DNA from: Deltaproteobacteria bacterium
Lineage (GTDB): Bacteria; Myxococcota; Kuafuiibacteriia; Kuafuiibacteriales; Kuafuiibacteriaceae
NCBI GenBank assembly: GCA_040218735.1
Contig: JAVJQW010000011.1
Coordinates: 288,001-352,000, forward strand
Reading direction: 5' to 3'
DNA length: 64,000 nucleotides
Part shown: positions 17,967 through 27,156 of the stretch, one piece after another
Numbering within the stretch: the stretch's first letter is position 1
Layout: the number at the start of each line of letters is the position of its first letter
Program-made: the position numbers and the translations under genes
Notes under the pieces: generated by a model
What the model saw: only the letters and a program-made list of their open reading frames with translations
The model's database searches: none
What the model was told of the DNA's origin: nothing

Positions 17967-19490
17967 TTACTCCTCGACGTCGTCGTCGTCGATCAGCGGC
18001 CCACCGGTGCAGTTGAACACCGAGTCGTAGTGGGCGAGCGCCGAGGGAACGACGTCGTCGATGTCGAGGCAGCCGCTCTCGAAGCCGCCGCCGCCGAGCA
18101 TGTCGTCGGTGAACACCGAGCGGTACACCTTCCCGCGCCAACCTTCGCGGTGAAGGATCGCGCTGGTGTTGCCGTCTTCACGCCCCGGGTTGCCGAGGAT
18201 CGTGACGTTCGCGAGGTTCGGCGCCGTGTAGGGCTGCGCGTCGAAGTTGCTGCCGTTGCCGTCCGACTCGATGCCACGGTCGCCGTTGTCCGAACCCATG
18301 CGGACGATGACGAACTGGACGTTGCCGCTGAAGCCCTCGTCCATGTCGAGCGCGTCGTCATCGACGCCGTTGCAGATCAGGTAGCTGACGTCGACCGCGC
18401 CACCGAACCACTCGACACAGTCGTCCTCCGAACCGATGACCTGGATGTACTCGAGCGTCGTGCCGGAGCCGACGGCCTCGAGCGTGAGGCCCTGGACCTC
18501 TTCGTCCGGACGGAACTCGTAACCCGACTCGGCGATGACCATGTAACGGACGGTGCCGCTGGTGTCGCCGTCCGACATCCCGCCGAACCAACGCTCCGCA
18601 TCCGGCGGCGCCGCCTCGGTGGTCAGCTCGCCGTTGGTGTCGCCCGAGTTCTCGCGCGCCATACCCGAGAGGACGAGTCCGCCCCAGACGCCGCGGTCGA
18701 GGAGGTTCGTGGGGTCACCCGTGATGTTGTTCGAGCCGTCGACCGCCACCGCGGAGAGGATGATCGGAAGGTCCGAGGTGCCGTTGGCCGCGATGCGCGA
18801 GCCGCGGGTGATGACGAGCGAGGAGGCCTGCCCCTCGGCCGCGAAGATCTGCACGCCGGCGTCGATGGTCAGCGTCGCGCTGCTGCTCGGCGAGCCGCCC
18901 GAGAGCTGCATCATGCCGGTGCCCACGCTGATCGTGCCCGCGAGGACGTAGACGTGGGTGTTCGGGAGCGTCGTGTCCGCGGTGATGTCCTGCGAGAGGA
19001 CACAGACCGGGAAGGACGCGCCGAAGATCATCACCGTGCCGCCGTCGCCGAAGTCGGCGTTGACCGTCGCGCAGTCGTTCGTGCCGGCCGGCGTGATGGT
19101 GCCGCCGGTGATCTCGGCCTCGAGCGGGTGGAAGTTGTCACCGGGGAGCGTGCCGTCGGCGCCGCTGTTGATGTAGGTCCAACCCTGCCACCACCCCATG
19201 GCCGCGGCCGGGTCGACCGCGCCGTAGTAGTCGGCCGCAGCGAACGCGCCCGGGAGCGCCTGGGTGGGGGCACCGATGGAGGCACCCGAGACATCGATGG
19301 CGAGGGTCTGCGAAACGCTGAGGCCCGCGCCGTCGGAGTAGTTGACCTGGCCCGATTCGACGGCCTGCGCCTGCAGGCTCATCCCAGGCGGGGTCACCGT
19401 GGTGTCGTCTCCGTCGTCATCGCCCGAGCAGGCGACCAGACCGGAGGTCAGGAGGATGGTTGTGAGCGAGAGGAGTTTGAAGTTTTTCAT
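17967..19490 (-). CDS. Acidic beta-helix lipoprotein (resembles phosphate-starvation ElpS-type lipoproteins, from memory)
   Basis: MKNFKLL...GLVAC lipobox; WGGLVLSG, SGTVRY..I..SG, GLTLEAVGSGT, DDCVEWFGG, DDDALDMDEGFSG, DRGIESD. Confidence 0.75.
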   Translation of the reverse strand: MKNFKLLSLTTILLTSGLVACSGDDDGDDTTVTPPGMSLQAQAVESGQVNYSDGAGLSVSQTLAIDVSGASIGAPTQALPGAFAAADYYGAVDPAAAMGWWQGWTYINSGADGTLPGDNFHPLEAEITGGTITPAGTNDCATVNADFGDGGTVMIFGASFPVCVLSQDITADTTLPNTHVYVLAGTISVGTGMMQLSGGSPSSSATLTIDAGVQIFAAEGQASSLVITRGSRIAANGTSDLPIILSAVAVDGSNNITGDPTNLLDRGVWGGLVLSGMARENSGDTNGELTTEAAPPDAERWFGGMSDGDTSGTVRYMVIAESGYEFRPDEEVQGLTLEAVGSGTTLEYIQVIGSEDDCVEWFGGAVDVSYLICNGVDDDALDMDEGFSGNVQFVIVRMGSDNGDRGIESDGNGSNFDAQPYTAPNLANVTILGNPGREDGNTSAILHREGWRGKVYRSVFTDDMLGGGGFESGCLDIDDVVPSALAHYDSVFNCTGGPLIDDDDVEE

Positions 19491-19542
19491 CTTCCGGGGT
19501 CCTTCTTGGCGCCCCAGATAGCACCGAGGACGAAGACGTACC

Positions 19543-19601
19543 GTGAAGACGAACCAACACTCGTGTGACGAGCGGCGACACAAACGTGACGCCCAGGTGA
19601 C
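19543..19601 (-). promoter_or_regulatory. Pho-box-like direct repeats (GTCAC) upstream of the lipoprotein-TonB operon
   Basis: Plus-strand GTGAC/GCGAC at 19565, 19575, 19586 and 19597 (spacing 10/11/11), plus GTGAA at 19543. Confidence 0.55.
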
Positions 19602-19631
19602 GCAGCGCAGATATGCAGAAGTGTCGAACGG

Positions 19632-20591
19632 TTAGCGTGGGTCCTCGTGCGTGGGACCGAGCATTCGTTTCAAGAGAGTGAACACCTCGGTGTCGCTCGA
19701 CTGTGTGTTCGTGACCTTCCCGTCACGCGACACCACGACATACGAGGGGAGGACTTCCACTCCAAAGCGCTCGTCGACCCCGGCGTCCCCCGTGCTGCGA
19801 AGCTGGATCCCGGGGAGCGTGTGTTCTTCGCGAAAACGCGCGTACGCGTCGTCGTCTTCGTCGAGGCTCACCTGCACGAGCTCGAATCCGTCGCTCGACC
19901 GATCCCGATGAAACTGAACGATCCGCGGCATCGCCGCGACGCACGGAGCGCACCAGGTCGCCCAGAAGTCGACGAGCACGACCTTGCCGTCGAGGCGCGC
20001 GCGTTGCGCGGCGTCGAGCGCGTCGCCGAACGGCGGCGGATTCCCGACGAGCGCATCACGCCGCACCACCGCGCGGTACGTGTCGGCCGACTCGACGTCG
20101 GGGTACCGCTCGAGCAAGCGCTTCGCGTACTGCGCCGCCTCTTCGTGCCGCCCCTCCCCCTCCAGCTTCGCAACGACCCAGAAGTACACCTGCTCGAGAC
20201 CCGGATGCCCTTCGAAGCGCCGCAGCATCGCCTCCGCCTCCGCGATCGGATCGGAGTCGGGCCGAAACTTCAGGAGCAGCAACGCCGCGTCGAAGCGCGC
20301 GGCCGGCGTCTTCGCATCCTTTGCGGCGCGCGCCAGCATTCGGCGCGCCTCGACCGCCTCCTCGGACTGGGGCTTCAGGAGTGTGTTCGCCACCATCTGC
20401 TCCGCGAGCCGGTAGCGCACCCCGTCGTACGCGGGGTGGTCCTCGAAGCGATCCATGAACGCGCGCGACGCGGCGTCGAAGGTGTCGAGGTCGTAGTCCT
20501 CGTGCGCCGCCTCGATCTGCGCGAGGAGCGCGTCGGCGGACGGCTTCGTACACGCCACCAACAGCAACGACAGCATCAACGCCCAACGCAC
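19632..20591 (-). CDS. TlpA-family thioredoxin lipoprotein with N-terminal TPR-like helices
   Basis: LLVAC lipobox; GKVVLVDFWATWCAPC. Start trimmed to GTG 20591. Confidence 0.85.
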   Translation of the reverse strand: MRWALMLSLLLVACTKPSADALLAQIEAAHEDYDLDTFDAASRAFMDRFEDHPAYDGVRYRLAEQMVANTLLKPQSEEAVEARRMLARAAKDAKTPAARFDAALLLLKFRPDSDPIAEAEAMLRRFEGHPGLEQVYFWVVAKLEGEGRHEEAAQYAKRLLERYPDVESADTYRAVVRRDALVGNPPPFGDALDAAQRARLDGKVVLVDFWATWCAPCVAAMPRIVQFHRDRSSDGFELVQVSLDEDDDAYARFREEHTLPGIQLRSTGDAGVDERFGVEVLPSYVVVSRDGKVTNTQSSDTEVFTLLKRMLGPTHEDPR

Positions 20592-20635
20592 GACGCGAGG
20601 GAGCCTGTTCGAACGGCGCTCGAGGGTCCAGCGTT

Positions 20636-21976
20636 TCAGGAGCGGGTGACGTCGGCGATCGCGCGCCCCAGGAGCGGCGCCGGCACGGGCTTGGTGAGGA
20701 ACGGCTGCTCGACGCGCTCCAGGAACCGACGGGCGCGCGGGGTGAATGCCCCGCCGCTGACGAAGACAAAACGGCTCGTCAGCTCCGGCCACCGCGCCTG
20801 CACGCGCTCGTAGACGAGCTCGCCGTCGATGTGCGGCATCATCAGGTCACAGAGGATCGCGTCGAACGACGCATCGAAGCCGAGGATGGAGAGCGCCTCC
20901 TCCCCGGTCTGCGCCGTGACGATCTCCATGGACGCGCCGAGCGTGCGCTCGTAGGCGCGGAGCACGAGGGGATCGTCGTCGATGACCAACACACGCATCG
21001 AAGTCGGAGCATCCTCGACGTCGACCGTCGACGGGATCGTCGGCGTCACCTGGGCCGGCAACACGAGCGCGGGGATGCGGACGCTGACGACCGTCCCTCG
21101 CCCTACGCGACTATGAACGTCGATCGATCCGCCGTGCTCCTGGACGATCTCCTTGGCGAGCGACAGCCCGAGGCCCGTCCCCTCCCCCTTCGGCTTGGTC
21201 GTGAAGAACGGATCGAAGATCTTCTCGAGCTGCTCCGGCGGGATGCCCGCCCCGTCGTCGCGGACGGAGAACACCACCTCGTCGTCGCAGGCGTAGGTAC
21301 GCACGATGATCTTCGGGTCACCCTCGGCGTCGTCGGGGATCGCGTGGGCCGCGTTGAGGAGGAGGTTCGTGAGGACCTGCGTGAGGCGCCCCGCGTCGCC
21401 GAGCAACATCGGCGTGTCCTTCAGCTCCTTCACGAGCGTCGCGCGATGGCGAACGCTGGTGTTCACCAACGAGCAAGCTGCGTTGACGACCTCGTTGGGG
21501 TGAAGCGCGCGCGCCGGCTCCGACTGCTTGCGCGAGAACAGGCCGAGGTCGCGGGCGATCGCGGTGATGCGCGAGAGCCCTTCGGAGTTCTCGGCCACGA
21601 TGGCGCGGATGTCCTCGATGACCGCGTCGATGCCGTGCGCGGCGAGGAGGTCTTCGATGTCGTCACGCACCGCGGGGTGTTCGGCGGCCAGCTCGTGCAG
21701 CGTCGCGAACAACCCTTCGAGGAGGTCGGCGTGCTCCGAGAGCACGGCCGTGTTCGCGATGACGAACGCGGCGGGGTTGTTGATCTCGTGGGCGACCCCG
21801 GCCGCAATCTTCCCGACCGCGACGAGCCGGTCGGCGTGCGCGCGCACGTCCTCGGGGGACGATTCCCTCGAGTCCGGCTCGGTATGCGCAGAGGCCACGT
21901 TCACGCCCACAAGGATCGGCCGTCCGCGACGGGCGCTTGAGCCGCAGGACACACTGCGGTCGTGACCTTGTTCCAA
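20636..21976 (-). CDS. Cytoplasmic hybrid histidine kinase (HisKA-HATPase-REC)
   Basis: AGVAHEINNP, QVLTNLLLNA, DDGAGI, FDPFFTTK, GTGLGL, VIDDD...CDLMMP. Start uncertain. Confidence 0.9.
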   Translation of the reverse strand: MEQGHDRSVSCGSSARRGRPILVGVNVASAHTEPDSRESSPEDVRAHADRLVAVGKIAAGVAHEINNPAAFVIANTAVLSEHADLLEGLFATLHELAAEHPAVRDDIEDLLAAHGIDAVIEDIRAIVAENSEGLSRITAIARDLGLFSRKQSEPARALHPNEVVNAACSLVNTSVRHRATLVKELKDTPMLLGDAGRLTQVLTNLLLNAAHAIPDDAEGDPKIIVRTYACDDEVVFSVRDDGAGIPPEQLEKIFDPFFTTKPKGEGTGLGLSLAKEIVQEHGGSIDVHSRVGRGTVVSVRIPALVLPAQVTPTIPSTVDVEDAPTSMRVLVIDDDPLVLRAYERTLGASMEIVTAQTGEEALSILGFDASFDAILCDLMMPHIDGELVYERVQARWPELTSRFVFVSGGAFTPRARRFLERVEQPFLTKPVPAPLLGRAIADVTRS

Positions 21977-21985
21977 ATGGGAACG

Positions 21986-23155
21986 TCAGTGCGAAGTCCG
22001 CATCTTCCCCGTCAGCACCAGCCGCGACAGCGCCAGCCCCGCCACGGCGAAGCTGGTCGCGACCAAGGGATCGTCCTCCCTCAGATCGGTGTATTCGTTC
22101 GCGAACGACCCGTCGGGGCGCTGCCGACGCAAGAGCGACGCCGCCATCCACATCGGCCAGACGATCGGGCCCTCGGCGCTATCGAGGGTTTCGTGCCCCT
22201 CGCCCCACAGCGCGTGCGACGACGACCAGACCCAGTAGTAGTAGGACGACCGCCGCTGCACCTCGCGGTTCTCGGGGTAGTCACCCGGGACGCGCTCCGG
22301 CGAGTAACGCTGGGCGAGCCACGCGTGCGCGCGCTTGCGCCGGGGGTGGATCGCGGGGACGCCGAGCTGCCGAAGCGCACGGAGGCCATCCGCCGTCATC
22401 GTGCCGTAGGATCGGGTCACCCCCGCGTCGGTGACGTGCGCCTTGTTCTGGACCTCGTTGGAGGGGGTGAAGAAGAACCCCCCGTCGCCTTCGAAGTTCT
22501 GGCAGCGCTCGACGAAGTGTCTCGCGGCGATGAGCGCGGGGTGGTCGAACGGGAGCCCGCCCAGGCGAAGCGCACCGATCGCGAACACCGTCGACGACAG
22601 ATTCGAAGACAGGAGCATGTCGCGCTCCTCGCCGTCGGGCGGGCGCGTCGGCGGACCGTGGAAGTACCCCCAGCCCCCGTAGTCGACGTCCGTGGGCTTC
22701 CACCCGTGGTCGGGCCCGAGCTGCGCGGCGAGCAGGTGTTTCACGACCTGGTCGCGGACTCGGAGGTGGCGACGGTTCGGCGGCGTGCTCAGCACGAACG
22801 TCGCCCCCGCGAGCGCGTAGACCGGGTAGCCGAGCGCCTCCGGGCGCGGCGCGCCGTCCTCCCCGATGATCGTCGCGACGAAGTCCGAGCCCTTCGCGTA
22901 GCTCGCGGCGACGGCTTCGGACGGCGGCACGAAGTAGAGCGCGCTCAGCGCCATCGGCGACAGCGACCAGCCGTCCTTGAAGTTGCCGTAGCGATCCGAG
23001 CGCCACGCGCCGTCCTCGCTCTGGCGCTTCATCAGGTACGCGCCGGCCCGCGCGAGCGCGGCGTCGATGGCCTCGACCGTCGGCGCCTGCGCGATGGCGC
23101 AGCTGAGGAGGATCGGGGAGAACACGACAGGGATTGTCGCGGGTCGCCCCTCCAA
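21986..23155 (-). CDS. Prenyltransferase/squalene-cyclase QW-repeat protein, probably exported
   Basis: YLMKRQSEDGAW, FVERCQN, LLRRQRPDGSF, GGWGY. Confidence 0.7.
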   Translation of the reverse strand: MEGRPATIPVVFSPILLSCAIAQAPTVEAIDAALARAGAYLMKRQSEDGAWRSDRYGNFKDGWSLSPMALSALYFVPPSEAVAASYAKGSDFVATIIGEDGAPRPEALGYPVYALAGATFVLSTPPNRRHLRVRDQVVKHLLAAQLGPDHGWKPTDVDYGGWGYFHGPPTRPPDGEERDMLLSSNLSSTVFAIGALRLGGLPFDHPALIAARHFVERCQNFEGDGGFFFTPSNEVQNKAHVTDAGVTRSYGTMTADGLRALRQLGVPAIHPRRKRAHAWLAQRYSPERVPGDYPENREVQRRSSYYYWVWSSSHALWGEGHETLDSAEGPIVWPMWMAASLLRRQRPDGSFANEYTDLREDDPLVATSFAVAGLALSRLVLTGKMRTSH

Positions 23156-23176
23156 ATGCTATCTTCACGCCCCCGC

Positions 23177-24121
23177 ATGACGAGCCCCACCGACCGTCGC
23201 GTCCTCCTCGCGCGCCTCGAAAAAGCGGCCCACGTCCCTCCGCTCGAGGCGGCGGACTCGGATTCGACGCTGCTCGACAAGCTCCTCTACCCCCACCTCG
23301 TCGAGTGCCACCTGCAAGCCGCGCGACCCTGGCCCGAGGACACCGTCGAGTTGGTGCACGACGTCCGCGTCGCCAGCCGCCGGCTCGTCGAAGCGCTCGC
23401 CCTCGCGGCACCCATGCTCGACAAACGCCGCGTCCGAAAAGCGCAGGCGTTCGCCAAGGGCCTCCGCCAGGCGCTCGGCGCGGGGCGCGAAGCCGACGTG
23501 ATGCGCGCGGATCTGGAGCGTCTCCTCGAGACCGTCGGCCTGGAACGGCCCGCCGTCGAAGCCCACACCATCGCGGGCGAGGATCCGCTGGAGCGCGTCA
23601 AGAAGGCGTACCCGCCCGAGCTCCTCCTTCGGCGCGGCGTCGACGTGATGAGGATGGCCGCCGCACCCAAGGTGACGGGCGTGACCGCGGGCCGCATCGC
23701 CGGCCCGCACTTGCTCGCGCGAGCCGAGGCGACGGAGCCGCTGATCGACTCGGTGTTGGATCCGGACCGCCTCGAAGATCAGCACCGGCTGCGCATTCGT
23801 TTCAAAAGACTCCGCTACACGGTGGAGATGATCGCGCCCGCGTTCGGCGACGTCATCGACAAGAAGGCCACGGTCAAGACGCTCAAGGCGCTGCAGGACG
23901 CGCTCGGCGATCTCAACGACATGAAGGACCTCCTCGACTGGCTCCGCTCCCGCGCCGCACGCGACGAGCTCGGCGCCGCGCGCGCCGCGGTGTTGGAAGC
24001 CGCGCGTGTGGAGCTCGACCGGCGGCAGGCGCACGCGCAGGAGCTCGTGCTCACCGCCGCGCCGCCGCTCGTCCGCGATCTCGACCGCGCGGCGGGGGTG
24101 ATCGGCCCGCTGGTGTTCTAA
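23177..24121 (+). CDS. CHAD domain (polyphosphate-binding) protein
   Basis: VHDVRVASRRL, LGAGREADV, HRLRIRFKRLRYTVE, LQDALGDLND. ATG at 23177. Confidence 0.88.
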   Translation: MTSPTDRRVLLARLEKAAHVPPLEAADSDSTLLDKLLYPHLVECHLQAARPWPEDTVELVHDVRVASRRLVEALALAAPMLDKRRVRKAQAFAKGLRQALGAGREADVMRADLERLLETVGLERPAVEAHTIAGEDPLERVKKAYPPELLLRRGVDVMRMAAAPKVTGVTAGRIAGPHLLARAEATEPLIDSVLDPDRLEDQHRLRIRFKRLRYTVEMIAPAFGDVIDKKATVKTLKALQDALGDLNDMKDLLDWLRSRAARDELGAARAAVLEAARVELDRRQAHAQELVLTAAPPLVRDLDRAAGVIGPLVF

Positions 24122-24179
24122 GCGCGAGAATCGCACGGAATGTCCGAAGCGCCGCCGCGGGCTCGCCTAACCTCGGGTC

Positions 24180-24536
24180 ATGACGGACACACAACGTGAC
24201 ATCTGGGAAACCTACGTGAAGTCGTGGAAGGTCACTTCCGGCGGCGAGAAGAAGGCGCTGTTCGCGGAGGCGATCGCCGAGGACTGCGTGTACACCGACC
24301 CGCTCGTCGTGGCCTCCGGTTGGGACGAGCTGGCCACGTACATGAAGCAGTTCCACGAACAGGTCCCGGGCGGGCACTTCGTCACGCAGCACTTCCACGC
24401 GCATCATGGCGAGTGCATCGCCCGGTGGAAGATGATGAGCGGTGACGGCGAGGAGCTCGGCGATGGGATCAGCCACGGACGCTTCGGTGACGACGGGAAG
24501 CTCACCGCGATGACGGGGTTCTTCGAGACGCCGTGA
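24180..24536 (+). CDS. SnoaL-like/NTF2-family protein
   Basis: YVKSW...DCVYTDP...GWDEL...GKLTAMTGFF. Confidence 0.8.
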   Translation: MTDTQRDIWETYVKSWKVTSGGEKKALFAEAIAEDCVYTDPLVVASGWDELATYMKQFHEQVPGGHFVTQHFHAHHGECIARWKMMSGDGEELGDGISHGRFGDDGKLTAMTGFFETP

Positions 24537-25411
24537 GCGACTACTACCTCGAGCGGATCCAGCGCGGCGTCGACTTCGTCGAGGCGAACCTCGACGCGTC
24601 GATCGCGCTGGCCGAGGTCGCGAGAGCCGGCGGGCTGAGCCAGTGGCACTTCCAGCGGATCTTCAAGTCACTGACCGGGGAGACGCTGAAGACGTACATC
24701 CGCTCGCGCCGCATGGCCTGCGCGCTGGACCGCTTGCTGACGACGGATCTCCGCATCCTCGACATCGCGCTGCTCGCGGGGTTCGAGACGCAGGAGAGCT
24801 TCACACGCGCGTTCAAGAAGGCGTTCGACATGGCGCCGTCGGCGTACCGGAAGATCGGCAAACGCAACGTGTTCCTGAAGAAGCTGCGGCTCGACGGCCC
24901 CATGCTCGAGCACCTGCAACACAACGTCTCGACCGAGCCGACGATCGTCGAGCGACCGGCGATGACACTCGTCGGGCTGCGAACGACCTTCTACGGACCC
25001 GACTCCGAGAAGAACAACATCGGCAAACGACTCCCGCCGCTGTGGGACGACTTCCTCGCGCGACGCCACGAGATCACCGACGGCATCCAGGCCGTCTGCT
25101 ACGGCGTGGTCCGACAGGAACGCGACGACGACGACCGCCTGGAGTACTTCGCCGCCGTCGAGGCCCCGGCCGACCGCCCCCTCCCCGCCGCGATGGAAGC
25201 GGTCGAGATCCCCGCCGCGACGTACGCGACCTTCGAGCACCGCGGCCCCGCGACCGACATCGATCGCACGGTGAGCTACGCCTACTCGACGTGGCTCATC
25301 CAGAGCGGACACCGCCACTCGGGCGCCGCGGACCTGGAGATCTACGACGACCGCTTCCACGCGACGGACCCGAGCTCCGTCTACGTCTACGCGTTGCCGG
25401 TCGAGGTCTAG
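24533..25411 (+). CDS. AraC-family regulator with a GyrI-like effector domain
   Basis: LSQWHFQRIFK, GFETQESFTRAFKK, and the C-terminal YATFEHRG...WL..SG. Confidence 0.92.
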   Translation: MSDYYLERIQRGVDFVEANLDASIALAEVARAGGLSQWHFQRIFKSLTGETLKTYIRSRRMACALDRLLTTDLRILDIALLAGFETQESFTRAFKKAFDMAPSAYRKIGKRNVFLKKLRLDGPMLEHLQHNVSTEPTIVERPAMTLVGLRTTFYGPDSEKNNIGKRLPPLWDDFLARRHEITDGIQAVCYGVVRQERDDDDRLEYFAAVEAPADRPLPAAMEAVEIPAATYATFEHRGPATDIDRTVSYAYSTWLIQSGHRHSGAADLEIYDDRFHATDPSSVYVYALPVEV

Positions 25412-26241
25412 TGATCGCCGAACAGCTCTTTGTAGCGAGCGTACATCTGTAGCGCCGCGTTCGCGCGCCCGAGGCGTTCGTACAGGCGCGCCAACGCGCG
25501 GTACGCCTCGCGGTAGCGGGGCGCGTGCTCGACGGCCGCGAGGTACGCGGCGATCGCATCCTCCGGGCGAGCCAGCGCTTCGTAGGCGACCGCGTGGTTG
25601 AACGCCGCGGTGGCGTCCGTCGGGCGTTGCGCGCGTGCCAGCGCGAAGTGGGCTTCGGCCGAGTCGTAGAGGCCGGCTTCGTAGAGCAGGCGGCCCGCGT
25701 TGATGCGCGCCTCGACATGACGCGGGCTCAGCTCCAAAGCGCGCCGGTACGCGTCGCGCGCACGCGCCGGTGACACGGTCTCGAGATCCGAGCCGAGCTC
25801 GTACCAGTCGTCCGCGGACATCTCGAGGTCCGACTCGGTCGCGCGCTGCTCCGACTGGATCGTCAGCGGCTCGACCTCGTGCGCGAGCGCCTTCACGTCG
25901 AAGTTCAACAGCACCTGCCCGGTGACCGGCTCCCACTCGACGTCGCCGTCGTGCACGACGATGTCGCCTTCGCGCGCGTAGACCTGCACCGCGGTGAGCG
26001 GTCGACCGCGCGGGAGCTGTGCCTTGAGCTGCGCGAGCGCGCGCCGCACCCGACGTGGCGAGATGTCCGCTTCGGTCAGCCCCTTCGCGGTGCGCAGCAA
26101 GACGAGGTCCTGAAAACCGAACCGCATCTCCCCTTCGTCACCGCGGCGCGGCTCGAGGAAGCCCTCTTTGACGAACGCGCGGATTCGCGCCTCGGGGAGG
26201 TCGAGGACGTTGGCGACCTCGCGTGCGGTGTAGCCGATCAT
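25408..26241 (-). CDS. MerR-type HTH + TPR protein, translationally coupled to ku
   Basis: YTAREVANVLDL....IR.FV..GFL.P.R...RFGFQDLVLLR; C-terminal TPRs; ATGA overlap with the ku stop. Confidence 0.8.
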   Translation of the reverse strand: MIGYTAREVANVLDLPEARIRAFVKEGFLEPRRGDEGEMRFGFQDLVLLRTAKGLTEADISPRRVRRALAQLKAQLPRGRPLTAVQVYAREGDIVVHDGDVEWEPVTGQVLLNFDVKALAHEVEPLTIQSEQRATESDLEMSADDWYELGSDLETVSPARARDAYRRALELSPRHVEARINAGRLLYEAGLYDSAEAHFALARAQRPTDATAAFNHAVAYEALARPEDAIAAYLAAVEHAPRYREAYRALARLYERLGRANAALQMYARYKELFGDH

Positions 26242-27083
26242 TTCGACGACTTGGCGGTCTTCTTCTTCGACTTGGGCGCGGCCTTCTCGGGCTCCGGCTC
26301 GGCGGCTTCTTCCCCGCCCTCCAGCGACGCCTTCAGGGCGTCCATCAGATCGATGATCTGCGCCTTCGGCGACTCCTCCGGCGCGAGGGTCACGTCGGCG
26401 CCCTCGATCTTCTGCTGGATCACCGCCTCCATCCGCTTGCGGACCTCGTCCTCGTAGTTCTCGGGGTTGAAGGTGTCCGTCGCGATCTGGTCGATCAGCT
26501 GCATCGCGAGCGCAACCTCCGACTCCTTCACCTCGACGTCCGGCAGCGGCACCTCGGTGAACGGCTGCAGCTCCTCCGGGTAGTGCAGCTGGTGCATCGC
26601 GAGCCCGTCACCCTTCGGCGCGATCAACACGAGGTACTGCTTCCCGCGCGCCGCGTACTTCGCGATCGCGACGCGCCCCGCGCGTTTCATCGCCTCCGAC
26701 AGCAGCGCGTAGGCGCGGTCGCCGCCCTTCTCCGCCCCGAGGTAGTACGTCTTCGCGTAGTACTCCTTCGGGACCTCGTCCTCGGGGACGAACTCGGTGA
26801 TCTCCACCGTCTGCGTCGCCTTCTCCTGCAGCTCCTTGATCTCGTCGTTCGTGAACAGGACGTACTGGTCCTTCGCGAACTCGTAGCCCTTCACCATCTC
26901 GGAGCGCGGCACCACCTCGTCCCCGTTCTTGGGGTCGACGTACTGCTGCTTCACCCGCCCCCCGTCCTTCGTGAGCATCTTGAAGGAGATCGAGGACGAC
27001 GGATTCGAGGTCGAGTAGAGCTTGATCGGGATGTTGACGAGCCCGAAGGCGATCGTCGCCGAGCTGATCGCACGCGGCGCCAT
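26238..27083 (-). CDS. ku: NHEJ DNA end-binding protein Ku
   Basis: ATIAFGLVNIPIKLYS, VKGYE, ITEFV, YALL.EAM, IIDLMDALKASL. Confidence 0.95.
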   Translation of the reverse strand: MAPRAISSATIAFGLVNIPIKLYSTSNPSSSISFKMLTKDGGRVKQQYVDPKNGDEVVPRSEMVKGYEFAKDQYVLFTNDEIKELQEKATQTVEITEFVPEDEVPKEYYAKTYYLGAEKGGDRAYALLSEAMKRAGRVAIAKYAARGKQYLVLIAPKGDGLAMHQLHYPEELQPFTEVPLPDVEVKESEVALAMQLIDQIATDTFNPENYEDEVRKRMEAVIQQKIEGADVTLAPEESPKAQIIDLMDALKASLEGGEEAAEPEPEKAAPKSKKKTAKSSK

Positions 27084-27156
27084 GCCCCACATTTAGTCGC
27101 CAAAACGGCAGCGAGTCGACCCCGATTCTCGTGTCGTCGCATACTGGGGCCCGAGC

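Noticed and set aside
21962-23176. N-terminal 405 aa of the 719-aa CHAD ORF
   Set aside because: Antisense to the QW-repeat gene; CHAD motifs begin only after ATG 23177.
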